Shown here: one piece after another, positions 1 through 13,837 of the stretch
Position numbering within the stretch: the stretch's first letter is position 1
Layout: every line of letters begins with the position of its first letter
Source: Lama guanicoe
Lineage: Eukaryota
Length of the DNA stretch: 64,000 nt
Direction: 5' to 3'
Assembly (NCBI GenBank): GCA_013239625.1
Contig: MU053652.1
Location: 8,630,077-8,694,076, forward strand
The notes under the pieces: model-generated
Database searches by the model: none
The model's input: only the letters and a program-made list of their open reading frames with translations
What the model was told of the DNA's origin: nothing
Translations under genes and position numbers: made by a program

Positions 1-3000
1 AAGTAATTTGTGTAAAAAGATATATTTTTAAAAACCCCTTATGTTTGGTTTGGGTAAATGTACATGTTAACAGTAGGAAAACTGGGTGAGGCGGGTGTGG
101 GGGCTGTCTGTATTACACGTGCAACTTTTGTGTAAACCTAAAATTATTCCAGAATAAGTATATTTCAAAATAAGTGTTTTTAATAAGTGTATTAAAAATA
201 AGTAAGCATAATATGTTGTTGCTAGTTTAGTAAAAGGCACACTTAAGTTGTATTAATGAGAAAGAATATTGTTCCTCTGATGAAGGAGTATCACCGTTGA
301 TTTCTGAATGCGGATGGTGTTCTGTTCTAGGTGCCAAATGTAAGTGAAAAGATGTGGATAAATTTAGGTTATTTGGTTTGAAACGTGTCATAATACAGGT
401 CACTTGAAGGAACTGGAGGTGTTTAGCCTGGAGACAGATTAGGCTTCTGTGTTGTGTGTGGCCCCAAGAATAAAACTAGGGCTAACATGGAAACTGAAGT
501 GGGGAAGATTTCAGCTGTGTATTGTCAGAGTTTGGTTGTGCTGCCCACATACGGAGTGGGACGGACAGTGAGCATCTCTGGCAGCCAGATTCTGGCTCAC
601 TTCACAATCATTTGGGAGGCATCTTGCGCAAATGCCGAAGCTCTGCCTTGGGCCTATGGAGTCAGAATTTCAGAATCTATACTTTGAAAAGTTTTCCAGG
701 TGATTTGCATACAACTGATAGATTGCTGACCAATGGAATTAGGTGATTCCTTGCTGGGATTGTTACGGAAGAGACGTAAGACCTGAAGAGGTGTATTCAC
801 AATGGGGCTGGAAAACGACTGTGGCCTACTTGGAAGAGTCAGAAAATGTGGATCCACACTGAGCTCAATTGCTTACCACATACATAACACCAGGCAAGTC
901 ATAGAACCCCTGTGAGTTCCATGTTTCTATTTATGTAGTTGGTGGATGGTAATGTTTAAATTAGACTAGGTGACCAAGGGTCTTCTATGCTTTGGGTAGT
1001 ATTTCCAGTAATTGTTGAGTTGTAAGTCTACATCCAACTTGTGTCTGTGCAGCTCTGAAAGGTGTTAAGTTTTTATTTTACTGGTAATATGTGTATGGAG
1101 TTTACATTTCTGATTTATATTTGGGGAGTTACTATTTCCTGAACACACACTCAGTACTCAATGTACTCTTGAATGGATAAGTCTATTTTGCTGGAAAAAT
1201 AAGATTAAAAAATTTGAGTCTCAATTTTTCCCACAAATGTCTCTTCCCTCTGTTTTTTTAGGATTACGTTTTTGTATACTTTGTTATACGTAACAATGCT
1301 GGTAGTGTCTACTGTCATTACCTTTATGTAGTATTTCTTATCGCTTACCAAAAATACCTGTTTTTTTCTTCCAGTGTCTTTGTGGTAAACAGTGCGCATA
1401 TCACTACCCACAAAGAACATAAATAGATACTGGAGGTCGTAGAAGTTCAGTAACTTGTCCAGTGTTAAATATTTGGTAAGCGTCTGAGTTCAATGTGAAT
1501 CCAGATTTTCTGACTTTCACAGTTGCCATTTTGTACACTTACACTAAGTACTGTGCAAAACACTTCAAAAATGTTTATTCTTTAGAATAAACTTTTTGAG
1601 CAGAATGATTCCCATCGTAGAGAGCAGGTTAAGTGACGAGCGCCCAAAGCTGCATAGCTAATTGATCGCAGAGCTAAAACCTCACTCTTCCCACTCTAAA
1701 GCTTATTAAAAACAGATCTTGGGTTCTAACTAATACCTGTTGAATCAGAGTTCCTGGGGATGGTGCATCTGAGCTTTGAACCTGCACCCGGATGATTTAG
1801 ATTCACTCTGTATTTTGAGAAACATGTTGATCTTATAACTCCTAGAAGGTATGTTCCATAAAGGAGCCATTTCAGTCCTGGTTGTCATCTTATTCCACAA
1901 ATATAGCATGTATTTTGTGGCACACAAATGCTTTCAACAAATGCTTGTTGGCTGAGTGGAGGAGTCCTGTAGCATACATTGCTCCATGTAGAAATTGTGT
2001 ATCTTGTTCTTTTTTGTTTTCCCCATAATTTAAAAAGTATCACTTCAGTATTGCTGTGGAATTTCTTTTGATTGTGATCCCAATGGCATGGTTTTGTGCT
2101 CCCTCAAAGATGGTAGAGGCTTCGGAAGCATAGTTTGGCTTTTTATGTTCTTTCTAACATAGAATTCTATGATTTTATGATGTTTTGGGGGTTCGATATT
2201 TTAGTCTGTTTTCTCAGCAGTGTTACATGTTTGCTGTACACAGATGCTTTCCACAATTCAACAGTGGTGATTTTCTTATTTATTGGATTTTTTTTGTAGC
2301 CATTAGCTATGATGGACATTTCTAACTATGGATATCTATATGAAAAACACCGGTACGTGTGTATCATCAATTAAACGAAATGTACGTCTTCATACCCAGA
2401 GCTTATAAGTTCCCCAAAGTCTGGTTGCTACTAATTTTATTTTTAGATTCATAAATGCTATTCCTTTAATGATTTTATGAGTAGTCTTTTCCATCTCAGC
2501 TGTATGTCTATATTTTTTATAGACAATTTAAACAGTTATCTGTCTCTTCTTAAATCAGTTGTATCTTTGGATGTTTGGTTTACTTTACCTCTCTTTAACA
2601 CCTGAAGTCTTAGCTTGCTACTCAAGATACTTATTTTTTTTCCACATTTGACCAAAAGCGTTTCTTCAAAGTACGTTGATTATTTTAAAAGGCAAATAAT
2701 TTCTTTCAACTAGATCAGGACTGGATTGAATCCTTCTGGGTTTTGAATATGTGGTGCCCTCTTTGTATATCTATATCTATGTCAGTATTAACTATTTACC
2801 GTGAATACTATTCAATATGTTACACAGAAGCATATACTGTGAAGGTAATTTTTATATGACACTGCAATTTCTATCTCATCCTTTTCTACAAGATGTATTA
2901 CCTTTGGTTTAAATATTGGTCTGTAAAAGAAGAATAATAAAGAAGAAATCTGTTTTTGAAATTACGTCAGTATTTTTCCTCATAAAGTTAGCATAATTAG

Positions 3001-6000
3001 GGAAAAAATGGACCCAAGTATCTCAAACACCTAAGCAGGCAGGCATGATGAGAAAGAACCAGACCAGGAAAAGAAGGAGGAAATGGCCGATAGCATACAT
3101 GGCTACTTAATAAAAGTTAGCAGTTACAATCTTGATGGATTTTTGGTTGCTAATTGCTGTTAGATTCTGCAGTACCTTCATCTTGTGTTTTCTATCACTG
3201 AACTTTTCTTTTTTCCCTTCAAGCCTTTTTTCCCCCCTTCTAAGTAACTCGCTGTCCAGAGGAAGACATAAAATGGACAGTAGTTCTACAAGTATTTGCT
3301 TTTTCTTTCTAGCCGTATCTTTTTTGCTTGTTTTGTTTTTCAGTTTAGGAGACGTCAGCCGATTCTGTGGGTGGGTAAACATAAGTTGATTGTAATGTTA
3401 CTTTCCAAGTTGTTCTTCCCATCAGATATTGGATTCTGTTCTCCAAAATTCAGGTGGACGTCATGCAAACAGAACCAAAGACAGTGTGATTTATAACAGA
3501 TAATGCTAGCAAAGAAAATGGCCTTTCTCTTGGATATTTCCAGAAGACAGACTATAGTTGCTTACTAGCTGTTTTCAGCACAACAAACATTTAAGTTCTG
3601 TTACTGCACAAAAAAATGGACATTAGAGTCCTTTCCTTGGTTTTTTTGTGGGTTAGCTTTGTTCACAACTTTTCGGGAAGGATGTATATTTTTTGTATTA
3701 CTTCCATTTGTTAAAGGAAAAATTACTCATTTTCATCTGAAAATACTGAGCTCAAATTTTGGCCCTTTTATTACATACTTTTATTTAACATGCATTATTC
3801 TGGAATTTGGCACTTTTCTTTGATATTACATTATGAACACTTTAATAGAAGTATAATATGACTGTTAGAGAATTTTAAAAACATTAAAGAGGCAAAGCTT
3901 CTATACTCCTAAAGCTTCTCTGAAAATAAAATATTAATTATTAAAGAGGAAAATAAATATCCCCTAAAATTCCAATACCTATAGACAACTCTTAAACAGT
4001 TTGTTGTCTCTCTTTTGTATAGATGAAACTGGAATGATTTTAATTTTTTTACGTATGTCATGAGCATTCTTTAATATTAAATATTCCCCATGATATGTTT
4101 TTATGTTTATGTTTTTAAATAGCTGTAATAGACCATTGCATGCATATATCTAAGTTTGTTCAGTTTCTTTCTTATTTTTAGATACTTAAGTTTTCTCCAT
4201 TTTAAGCTGTTAAAATAAGTGCTGAGATGATCATTTATATTCTTAAATAGGTTCATCTTTGATAAATGTCTGCAAGTGGTCTGACTGGATGTTTAAGCTC
4301 TTCATAGAGATTACCAGATTGCCCTCGAAACTAGTAACAATATGTGACAGTGCCATTCTTTTCCTTCACACTTGGTATTATCATAAAATAAATGCCAACG
4401 GATAGGTTCACTTGTTTTTATTTTGCTGTTAGTGAAGTTCAACATTTCCATACTGTTCATTCATATTTCTTTCCTTGTGAACTACCTGTTCATGTCCCTT
4501 GTCCATTTTTCCATTTGGATGTTCATCTTTTAAATACTGATTTATGAGTATTCTTTATACACTAAGATGACTATCAGCCCCTCATTATGCCGCAATTATT
4601 TTCTTTCTTTCTTTCTTTTTTTTTTCTTGTCTTTTGCATTTTTCTGTTTCCTTGCCTCTGATACTCATTCATTTTCTGTTCTGGTAAAAGAAAAGTACAT
4701 GTTCTCATTCCTAGTAGAGACTGCCCTCCCCCCCCCATTTCAATTCCTTTGGATTTTATTTTCTTGTTTGCGAATTATTCGTGACGTGGTTTGCATCATG
4801 CTTCTCCCTCCCTCCTCATTCCAGCTACTACCCTTCTAGGATTAGTAGCTCTTTGAGTAGAGCGTGTTGATGGAACTCAAATCTTTGCTGTGGGCCTGTG
4901 TCCCCATCTGTTGAAAGAGGAAGTCAATTTCTAAAGCTCCCTCCCGTCGCACAGGCCTCGGAGAGTTCATTTGTTTCTTTACATTTCTTCTTTTTCTTAC
5001 CTGTGTGCTCTCACATCTACAAAATGTAAAGAAAAAAAAAAAAGGCATGGCTTGATATGGTAGTTCCAGGACAAATCTCCAGGCCATGGTATTTGAATTT
5101 TTATACACATTTGTGTTGGAAAAAAAAAATCTATGGATCTTACTTCCTAGTCCAGAACACCAGGGAACTTGACTTCAGTTGTCAGCTGCTACGCAAGGAA
5201 ATTGGGACTCTCTGCGTCACCTTCCCACCGCCAGCAGTCAGTTTGGTATTGTTCCTTTTCTTCTGCCTGCCTTCTTTCTCTGACATTATATCCTGACCCT
5301 TTAATATTGATTTAAAAGATAAGTGCAGTTGTTTAATGGTTGGTTTGTGAAATCTGGGAGTCTTTTAAGGCTTTTTTGCTTTGTTTTATGTAATTACTTT
5401 ACTTTTTTAGAATTAATAGGCACCACCCAAGTGTTACTCTTGTGGAGGGAGAGAGACTGGGCAGATCTGCATCAAAATATTTTGATATCAATTTCTTGAT
5501 AGCACTTTGGGATGGAAAGATTTACTTTTCATATTCCAAGGGATGTTTGACCTGTCAGAATCTCTTTTAAACTTTGAAATAATATGACGGAAAAGGCTTT
5601 TTTTTTTTTTCATAGTGAATTGATGATTGCTAAATAAACCAAGATTGGCAGCCTGTGGCAGGAGGGTATCAAAAAAGGTCAGCACATTCATAGATGAAAT
5701 CCAGTCACCAGTAATGAGAAGTGAGGTTTTAAATTTTCGTTGAGCTCTGCAGTCACATTATATTTGTTGTTTTTGGTATTAGCCGTTTTATTTCACATTA
5801 CATTTTCTTAAACCCGAAGGATGGCATTTTAAATTAAGTATTCCGTAAGAATCTGGAAAATGTGTTTTCGTGTCTGAGATTCCTGTTTCTATTTAGGGTA
5901 GTTTGCTTTATGCTCCTGTCAGTGTGTCTTGTAGACATGACTGCTTTCTTGATGCTGTCCATTTTGTGAAGACCTGACCCACAGATTGTAGAATTTTGTT

Positions 6001-6274
6001 ACTTGCGAGAGCTGGGCAAATCTTGTTTGAGCATTTCTCTCCTTTTTTCATGTATTTTTAGAAGAACCTTTACATTGTGAGTTTTTCAAGCCCATGGAGC
6101 AAATATGTGGCAGAGGGCATGGTTAGTCCTTTCTCTGTTGACTTAATCTTTTCTTCTGCACCTGCATTCTTCATAAAAGGGTATTGTATCTCTACAGTGG
6201 GTCGTGGGTGAGTAGACTTGGTGCAGATTTCCAGTTTGGCCGGTGATATGGAAGTTTAGCCCCAGCCAGGTAGC

Positions 6275-6745
6275 TGCAAGGAATTCAGGAAGTCTGTGAA
6301 CTCAAATGGGAAAACATTGCATCTTTATTTTCACTACCCTCTAACTGAAGTTTAGCATTAGCATTATGAATGTGGACAACAAACCATGGTGGTACTAGCA
6401 GTATCTATTGGCTTTATCACCAGCAAAATGCATATATTTTTGTATCATGTATCTTATTGCAGCTGTCTTGAAATACTTACTGCCTATGTTCATGAACTAC
6501 ACTGAAACTAGTACTTTTAAATCCCTTATTATATCTTGTTTATGAGTTCTTAAAGGATGCACACAAATTGCTATAGCACAAATTTGTTTTTAAAAATATT
6601 TTTATAACTACAGTAAAACTGCTTTCCTTCATAATCCTACTAATTTAATTCTGTGCATTTAAAAGCATTATCCTGAGAAGGAATCCATAGACTTTACCAA
6701 AATGCCGAAAGGTTCATGCTGTAAAAATGGGTAGTTGTCTCTGAC
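6275..6745. mobile_element. hAT-Charlie (Charlie4-like) DNA transposon remnant
   Basis: tgcatttaaaagcattatcctgagaaggaatccatagactttaccaaaatgccgaaaggttcatg resembles the Charlie4 end as recalled. Boundaries are approximate. Confidence 0.6.
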
Positions 6746-8087
6746 TTAAAGGGCTTGTGAAAGTTTCATCATAGATGAAATAGTTTAAATACAGAGGGAA
6801 AACAGACAAAAAAAAATTGTTTTTGTTTCTATCTGGTTTAGAATTCCAGATCTAACACCTTTCACCTGTGTGACCCCTTGGAACTTAATCTTGCTGCGCT
6901 CTGTTTTCTGCACCTATGAAACAAATACTAATGTACATACTTCCCAGGATCATTGCTTACAATAATTAATGAATTTAAATTGCTAAGACAGTGTTAAATG
7001 TGAGCTGCTATTATCATCATTATCATTATTATTATTACTATTACTATAATTATGTGAAGCACTGCTGTCCCCAAAATATCTATTTTTTTGCACAATTAAG
7101 CACTTAATTTGTATTGTCATGTGTATTGCTTTTTAATAATTATAAGCTCTTTCAGAGTAGGAAGCCATGGATTATACAGTTCTGAACATAGACACTAAAT
7201 TAAGTAATAGTTTTTTTTTTGTTAAATAACTCATCTAATTAAATAAACATTTCTTTAAGTGCTAATCAGTCCTGCCTCATACTGTGGAAATATAAAGATG
7301 AATAAGGCAAGATTCCTGACTTCAGAGTATACATTCTTTTGGGAGAGACAGATGTATAAACAGTTGACTGTTAAGTCACTCTGGCTCACTTACTGGTTTG
7401 GAGTTGGGGTTGAGACAATGTCACTGAGACCATGTCACTCTTTTAATGTTTTCTCTCTTGAGTTGAGCAAACCTAGAAGCCTATCTATGAATGTGCTGGT
7501 ACCTATCTCAAAATGGAAATATGGTGTATGTAGAAACTGACATTATGTGGATTTCTTATGAAGCTGTGAAAATTAAGTGAGTAAGCATGTTGATTTACCA
7601 CAATGCTTGGTGCCTATTATGTTTCAAATGCTAACTTTTCAGTTGAACTCTAGGAAACTGCCAATATCTGACTGCTTTTGATCTCCTAAAAGTAAGCCTT
7701 CTATGGATAAACCTTAATCGTATTCTAAGCAGCATAATTAGCTCTACTTGCTGTCTCCCATGGGTGGTTTTGTGTGGCAGTAATCTTATGAACGCTTAGT
7801 TATCACTCAGAATATAGGTGGTTCACTGTTAGGAACATGACAGGTGGCAGATCCTTTTTAGGGGCATACTAGAACATCCCACACGTCCCCCATGTATATC
7901 CCTGTGTGGCATACCATCATACACACTTAAAGAATACTTTAAACTTGATTTACTGTCAGAGTATATTTAAGAATATACATTTTTAACAGCATTAATACTG
8001 ATTTTGTGAGTTTTTAATTTTGTTTCCAAAAGTTTGGCATGCATACTCTCTCAAGTCACATTTAGATATTAAAACTAACACTGTTGT

Positions 8088-8210
8088 GGGGGAGGGTATA
8101 GCTCAGTGGTAGAATGCGTGCTTAGCATGCACAAGGTTCTGGATTCAGTCCCCAGTACCTCCGTTAAAATAAATAAATACATAATCTAATTCCCACCCCC
8201 CCAAATAACC
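8088..8210 (+). mobile_element. tRNA-Ala(AGC)-derived SINE (camelid vic-1 type)
   Basis: Head gggggagggtatagctcagtggtagaatgcgtgcttagcatgcacaaggttctggattcagtccccagtacctcc, then an (AAAT)n tail and a C-rich end. TSD ctaacactgttgt (8075-8087) / ctaacgctgttat (8211-8223). Confidence 0.88.
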
Positions 8211-9805
8211 CTAACGCTGTTATATCTAATTTAATGAGGTGATGTGTTTTCACCACGGCACATGTTTACTGTCTTTAAAAAAGTTTACTCTAAAGTGGCT
8301 TATTAGGTCGGACGGACCCCTGCAGCGTGACACCCAGGTTTGTTTTGTTTTACTCAGCCAGCATTGGAGTGTCTGCTGATTATGTGGACTTCGAGTAGCC
8401 CAGGGCTCCGAAGTTAGGGGGAAATCGTGAAGTGTTTAATTCAAGCAGAATGCTGAAGAAATACTATTTTAGTAATTGTACTTTTCTATTGCAGGAACTC
8501 TCTGAGCATGTTCCTTCCGTGTTGAGATTGTTTATACATGCTTTTATCTTTTTTTAATTACAGCAAGTAGTTGTAGAGAGGAAATTTTTCTTTTCCTCAT
8601 GGCCTTTAATCTCTACATGTTTTGATGAAACAGTGATGATTTTCTGCTTTTGTGATTTTTTTGGTCACCTTGGAATATATTTACTCCTTTATACACTGCT
8701 GAGATTTGAGATTTTAGCTTGACTACTGCGTTCTCTGTTCTAAAAATGTCTATGTCACACAGAGGAATTTAATTCCCTTCCCAGCTTACCTTCACTTCTT
8801 ATGAAATTATATGCACATCTGATGGTATAGCAGGGATGGAAGGTTTTGAACCAGTGATAATTACAGATGGACATGCAGGGTCCTTCAAAAGGTAAGGTAT
8901 TAAATACACCTAACCTTCCTTCCATGTGTGTTGGGAAGAAAAAGGAGACCAGCCTTCCCTCTTTCTCTCTGTCCCCTGTGGGCTGTTTTTCAAATTGGCT
9001 CCATTTCCTGCTCTGGTGCACTCACAGGTGATGTGCATGGTGTGAACGTGGCCCCCCTTCTTTCCATAGCAGGACAGTCAGAGAAAGTAGGTGGTTCGAG
9101 CAAGCTCTGGAGCAGAGAGGAAGGGCTGCGCTGGGGGACTGCCAACTTGCTCCTCCCATCTAGAGCTCCACCTGCCAGGCAGGCTGGGCCCCTCCTCCTC
9201 CCACTCCCTTCTCCCTCCCCTCCCCGTCCCCATCTTTCATCCTTTCCCTTCTTCCTTCTCCCCCACCTCCTTCTCTCCCTCTTTGTGGCGCTCTCAAGAG
9301 AGTCAGGCTGGCCCCTTGGGACCCTCTGAAGTGACTGGTGGCAGAAGTCGCCTCCTCTCACACATGAACCCTGGCTTGCCCGAGGCCATCAGGGATTGAC
9401 ATTTGGCTTTTCCTTTACTTGGCTCTTCAAAATTGTGTACATGTCTAATGGCAGAAGGTGGCAGTCCTTGCAAATTTTATTATTGACGTAATAAGTGGCA
9501 GGTGGTTATTGTCATAAATGCAGCAGGACTGGAGAAAGAAGGATTGAGTCCACCATGACCTTAGCTTGTCGGCCAGTTTCCCCCTGACTGAGAAATGGGT
9601 TCATTTCATCATTTCCACTCACTGTTACAGCAAACCGGCTGACAAGAGTTCTTGACGGCCCCGTTGTCTCTGAGAGGTAGGCAGTGCCCACTGCTTCATC
9701 TTATCTGCTCCACGGTGTTTCCTCCTTCCTCTAAGTGTCGGGTTGTGATGATAGGATTATACACGGACCTGTTTGGTCAGCTCCTTGCCAACCCGCACAC
9801 CTTTA

Positions 9806-10765
9806 TGTCTTAGTCCCTTTGTTACCGAGTCCAAACTCATCCTGCTCACAACACGACAGGCCAATAAATCAGGAGATGAGGTGTTGGGGTAAAGAATAAA
9901 AACTTTATTATTCAGAAAGCCGGCAGACCGAGAAGATAGCAGATTGATGTCCCAGAGACCCATCTTATGCAAGTCAGAATTCAGGTTCCTCTTATACTAA
10001 AAAGGGCAGGGGGTGTGTTTGGTTGTTGCAAACTTCTTGGTGTCAGAATCTTTTGTTCTTGCAGCTGTCCATGTAGGTCAGGTCAGAGTGTCCTTGCAAA
10101 CCTCCAATAACACAAATACTGTTTTCTCTTCTGCAACTTTTTATCTTTATATGGATGGGAAAATATTATACTCTTAAAGGTCAGAGCCTTGAGAACAGGC
10201 TATCCTGTATATTTCAGGCTATAGGCAACATTCTTTTAGAAAAGGTTCAAAACCAGCATGACTAAGCACAGGAAACAGAGCACAGGGTTAAAGACAAAGG
10301 AACAGATCTAATATGGAGTCAGATTTGTTCTTCCCTATTGCACATTCAGGCTGCTCTACCAAATCATCAGACTATAGATGACTTCTTATACACAACAGAA
10401 GTTTCTCACAGTTCTGGGTCCTAGGAAGTCCAGAGTCGTGGTTCTGGCAGATTCAGTGTGGTGGCTGGCAAGGACCTACTTCCTGGTTCACAGATGGTGC
10501 CTTCCCATGGTGTCCTGACATGATGGATGGGTTTGGGAGCCCTGTGGAGTCTCTTATAAGAGCACTAATCCCATTCATGAGGGCTCCCTGGTTCCATGCT
10601 CCAGGTGACTGCCCCTAGTCCCCCTCCCTCCTCTCTCCTTCTGCTCCCCCTCCTACTCTCCCCTCTCCTCCCTTCTTCCATCCTTCTTTTCCCTTCCCTT
10701 CCCTCCTTTCCTTCTCCCCTTACTCCCTCCCATATTTGCAACACAAACATTTTCTACCTATAGAG
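9806..10765 (-). mobile_element. MLT1A/MLT1A0 MaLR LTR, split by the ERV1 LTR and carrying a CT-rich tract
   Basis: tgtcttagtc(c/c)att-caggctgct...cacaacagaagtttctcacagttctgg...gcactaatcccattcatgagggctcc...acacaaacatt matches the MLT1A reverse complement. A polypyrimidine tract lies at ~10620-10730. Confidence 0.8.
9820..10342 (-). mobile_element. ERV1-class solo LTR (MER4/MER41-like group), inserted into an MLT1A element
   Basis: The minus strand reads TG(CAATAGGGAAGAACAAATCTGACTCC)...GGACTCGGTAACA, giving TG...CA termini, with an internal AATAAA on the minus strand. The 4-bp TSD is CCTT (9816-9819) / CATT (10343-10346). Confidence 0.75.
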
Positions 10766-13700
10766 GAATGTAATGGAGAATGTTGATAAGAAGTTTTGAG
10801 TAGTCAGATTGAAAGGTAATGGTTGAATTGTGTAATGGGAGTCGCATAAAATACACATATAAGGTTTCTACTTAGTAAACTCTAAATATGTAGGGTTTTT
10901 TTTTTTAAGTAAAGAATGGGGGTTTTCTACTGTTGTGCTGAGAAAAGTAGTATTTTCTGCCCAGTAATTTTACTATGTGGGGAAAATGATTATGCCCTCT
11001 CCAGGGTACATTCTTAAATTTAAGGTCTACTAGCCAAAAGATGGAAGGATTGGAAAGATTTTGGTTGCTAAATGTTGTATAAGAAGGTTTTTCTACCGTA
11101 GACTGTTGTTTCCTCTTGCTACTCTTAAAGCCACTTCATTATTACTATTGAATTTGGTGTATGAAAGAAAGTTAGTTATTACCTTTTCACTTCCAGGATA
11201 ACTTCCAGGTGGAAAATCTAAGGAGTATTATCTGTAAGCTGTTTGTAGCCAATGTTCTTTGGGAGAAAAAGGTTCTGTTGCTTTTTGACTGTTAATATGC
11301 CGTACAATTTTTGTAAAAAATTTTACATGATCTTATCCATTTAATATTTTGTTTATTCAAAACTTTAAAAAACTCATCCACAAGAGCTATTTATGGTCTG
11401 TTTTTTCATGTCTTTGTACCTTCAATTTACACATTTTTGAAGCTGCCAGACTATTCAGGCATTGCTACTAAATATCTGTCATTCTTGCTTGTTTGGTGGG
11501 ACCAAACTGAGAAGAGGAGAAAACTTCTTAATTGGGGTCTGACAAGCCTATTTGGAAAATTTAGGCAAAGTGGTAAAAAATCATCGATGATGCCAAGTAG
11601 GAGAATATGATGGAATCAGTCACTTCCTGAATTCAGAAGTATGACTGTACAGGGTAGAAAATGTTAGGAGAGATTATTTTGCACTACGAAAGGAGTTTTT
11701 GTTTTGGCAAAATCTTCTAATACAGTGAAAAGCATGTTCGTATTCCAAGCAAAGACTAAACTCCATTTTACTTCCTTTAGACACTTAAGTGATTACAAAT
11801 AGACTCATACCACTTCCGGTCAGGTTTTGCCCCCAAAACGAGTTTGCTGCAAACTTCAGGGGAAAAAAAAATTCTTAGGAATTTTCATGTTGACTTGTGT
11901 GTAAAAGATTATGGTTCCTAGTAAAGTCTAGGGGGACACAGCCATACGTTGCTGGTGATGTTTCTGTTAGGGCCAGGGTACTTTACTAAGAGCACACCAT
12001 GTGCGACTTCTCCTTTGGAGCTTTGCACTGTGGTTGGTGTTTATAGTTGTGTAACTTGCTTTCTTACTTTTATAGATTATGTGAGTTTTTAAGGCTTATA
12101 GTATGGAGAATTTTGACCCCAGCAGATGAGAGTAGCTGGCTTTGTCTGGAGGAAAGGAGCTCTTCCTTTAGATCTTGGACCAAAACTACCCTCCAGACCT
12201 TACTTAAAGGAGCATGAACTCAGTTGGAACTGCAGGTGGCTATGCAGTTAGCGTTGTACACAGGCCTGGAATGACACTGGTATTTGCCTAGGGGTGGGTT
12301 TATGGAAGAGGACCTTCATGACTTTTAGGTGTAGGCAGCACAATGTCTGCTGCTTTGAAATTGCAAGGAACAGAAATCCTGGGCGGCTTATGGAGGAGCC
12401 AAACTTGGATTCATGTGGCTTGTCCACAGGCTCAAATCACCTCCCATCAGTTTGGCTCAGGAGGGAGAAACCTTTCCCAGGAGGCAGGATTGTAGGGACT
12501 AACCAACCCTAACTAGAAGCAGTGGACAGGCCAACAATGTTCACTTACTTAAGAGTGATGTCTTGTCCCTGGAGCAACCCCCATGCCCTTCAGCACCGGA
12601 GACATGAAAGGGGTTTTGTATATGATAGTTGAGATCAAGAACCCCAAGTAAAACTGGGGCAGGCATCATTGGAGGGAAGGGAGCAGAGTCTCATGCCACT
12701 TCAGAGGAGATTGTGATGAATTTTTCCACCACCCAGACTTCGTAAATTCGTAGCCTCTTGTTGGGAGTGTTTAGGTTCATAGGTCATAGATTTAGAACAA
12801 CCCCATGGACTGACTAGTATCTTGGCAAAGCTAAAAGTAAGGCTTTTGGTTTGTTTACTTTTTAAAACTTACACTCTTCAGTCTTTGCCAAATATACTTT
12901 TGTCTGAGAAAACTGATCTATTGCTGTCTGGGCCTGAATATTCACAGATTTATGAGATGTGGAAAGGCATAAACATAATAAAGACAAAGATAAAATAGAA
13001 ATTTTAAAATAGCAAAGAAACAGTATTACTTACAGAATCAGTCACATGAGAAGACCTATGAGACAGATGTTACCAAGATCAATGAAAAATGCACAAATAA
13101 ACACAGGAATGTAAATGAAATTTAACTACAGGTAGAATAATTTAAAAATCATAAAATTACTTTGAATTCTGTATTGCCAGTAAATTAGGAAACTTAAATG
13201 AAATGATACTTTTGATGGAAAACAAAATTGACTCAGGAAGAAATAGAAAACCTGAATGAACTGTTGTTGCCCGTTAAGATGGTGAAGTGATAATTCACTC
13301 TATACTACCAAAAGAGACTAGGCTCAAATAGTTTTACCAAACCTTCAAGGAAAGATAATTTCTAAGAACTGTCTCAGAAATTAGAAAAAGAGAGAAACCT
13401 TGTTTGAGGCTAGTATATCTTTGCATAAGACTAAATTTGGAAAATGTAAGAATGGAAAACTAAACACCAGCCTCATTTTACATAGATGCCGAAATCTTTA
13501 ATAAAATATTAAATTTCAATGATACACATCAGGATGAAGTATGTTTTATTCTACGTGTGAATGACTCAGTATTAGAAAAACTATTGATATCACCTACCAC
13601 ATTAAGAGGTAAAAGAAAAACCATATGATTATATTAGTATAACAGAATGGCATTTACTAAAATTCAGTGGCTGTTTAGGATGGAAAAATCTATTCAGGAT

Positions 13701-13837
13701 AAAAAAGATCATGTCTAGAAACTTCCTGAATGCCAGAAATGTGCAGAAAATAGCATAGTTAATGGCGAGTGAAGATTTCAAAGTCCTTGAAACATCAGGA
13801 ATAAGACATGATGGCCGCCCTCACTTACTGCTAAACC

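Noticed and set aside
8088..8162. Functional tRNA-Ala(AGC) gene
   Set aside because: Extra 5' bases, substitutions in the T-arm/B box, an A-rich tail and a TSD show that it is a SINE.
8928..9399. Overlapping 102-133 aa ORFs
   Set aside because: They are open because the low-complexity CT-rich tract lacks stop codons.
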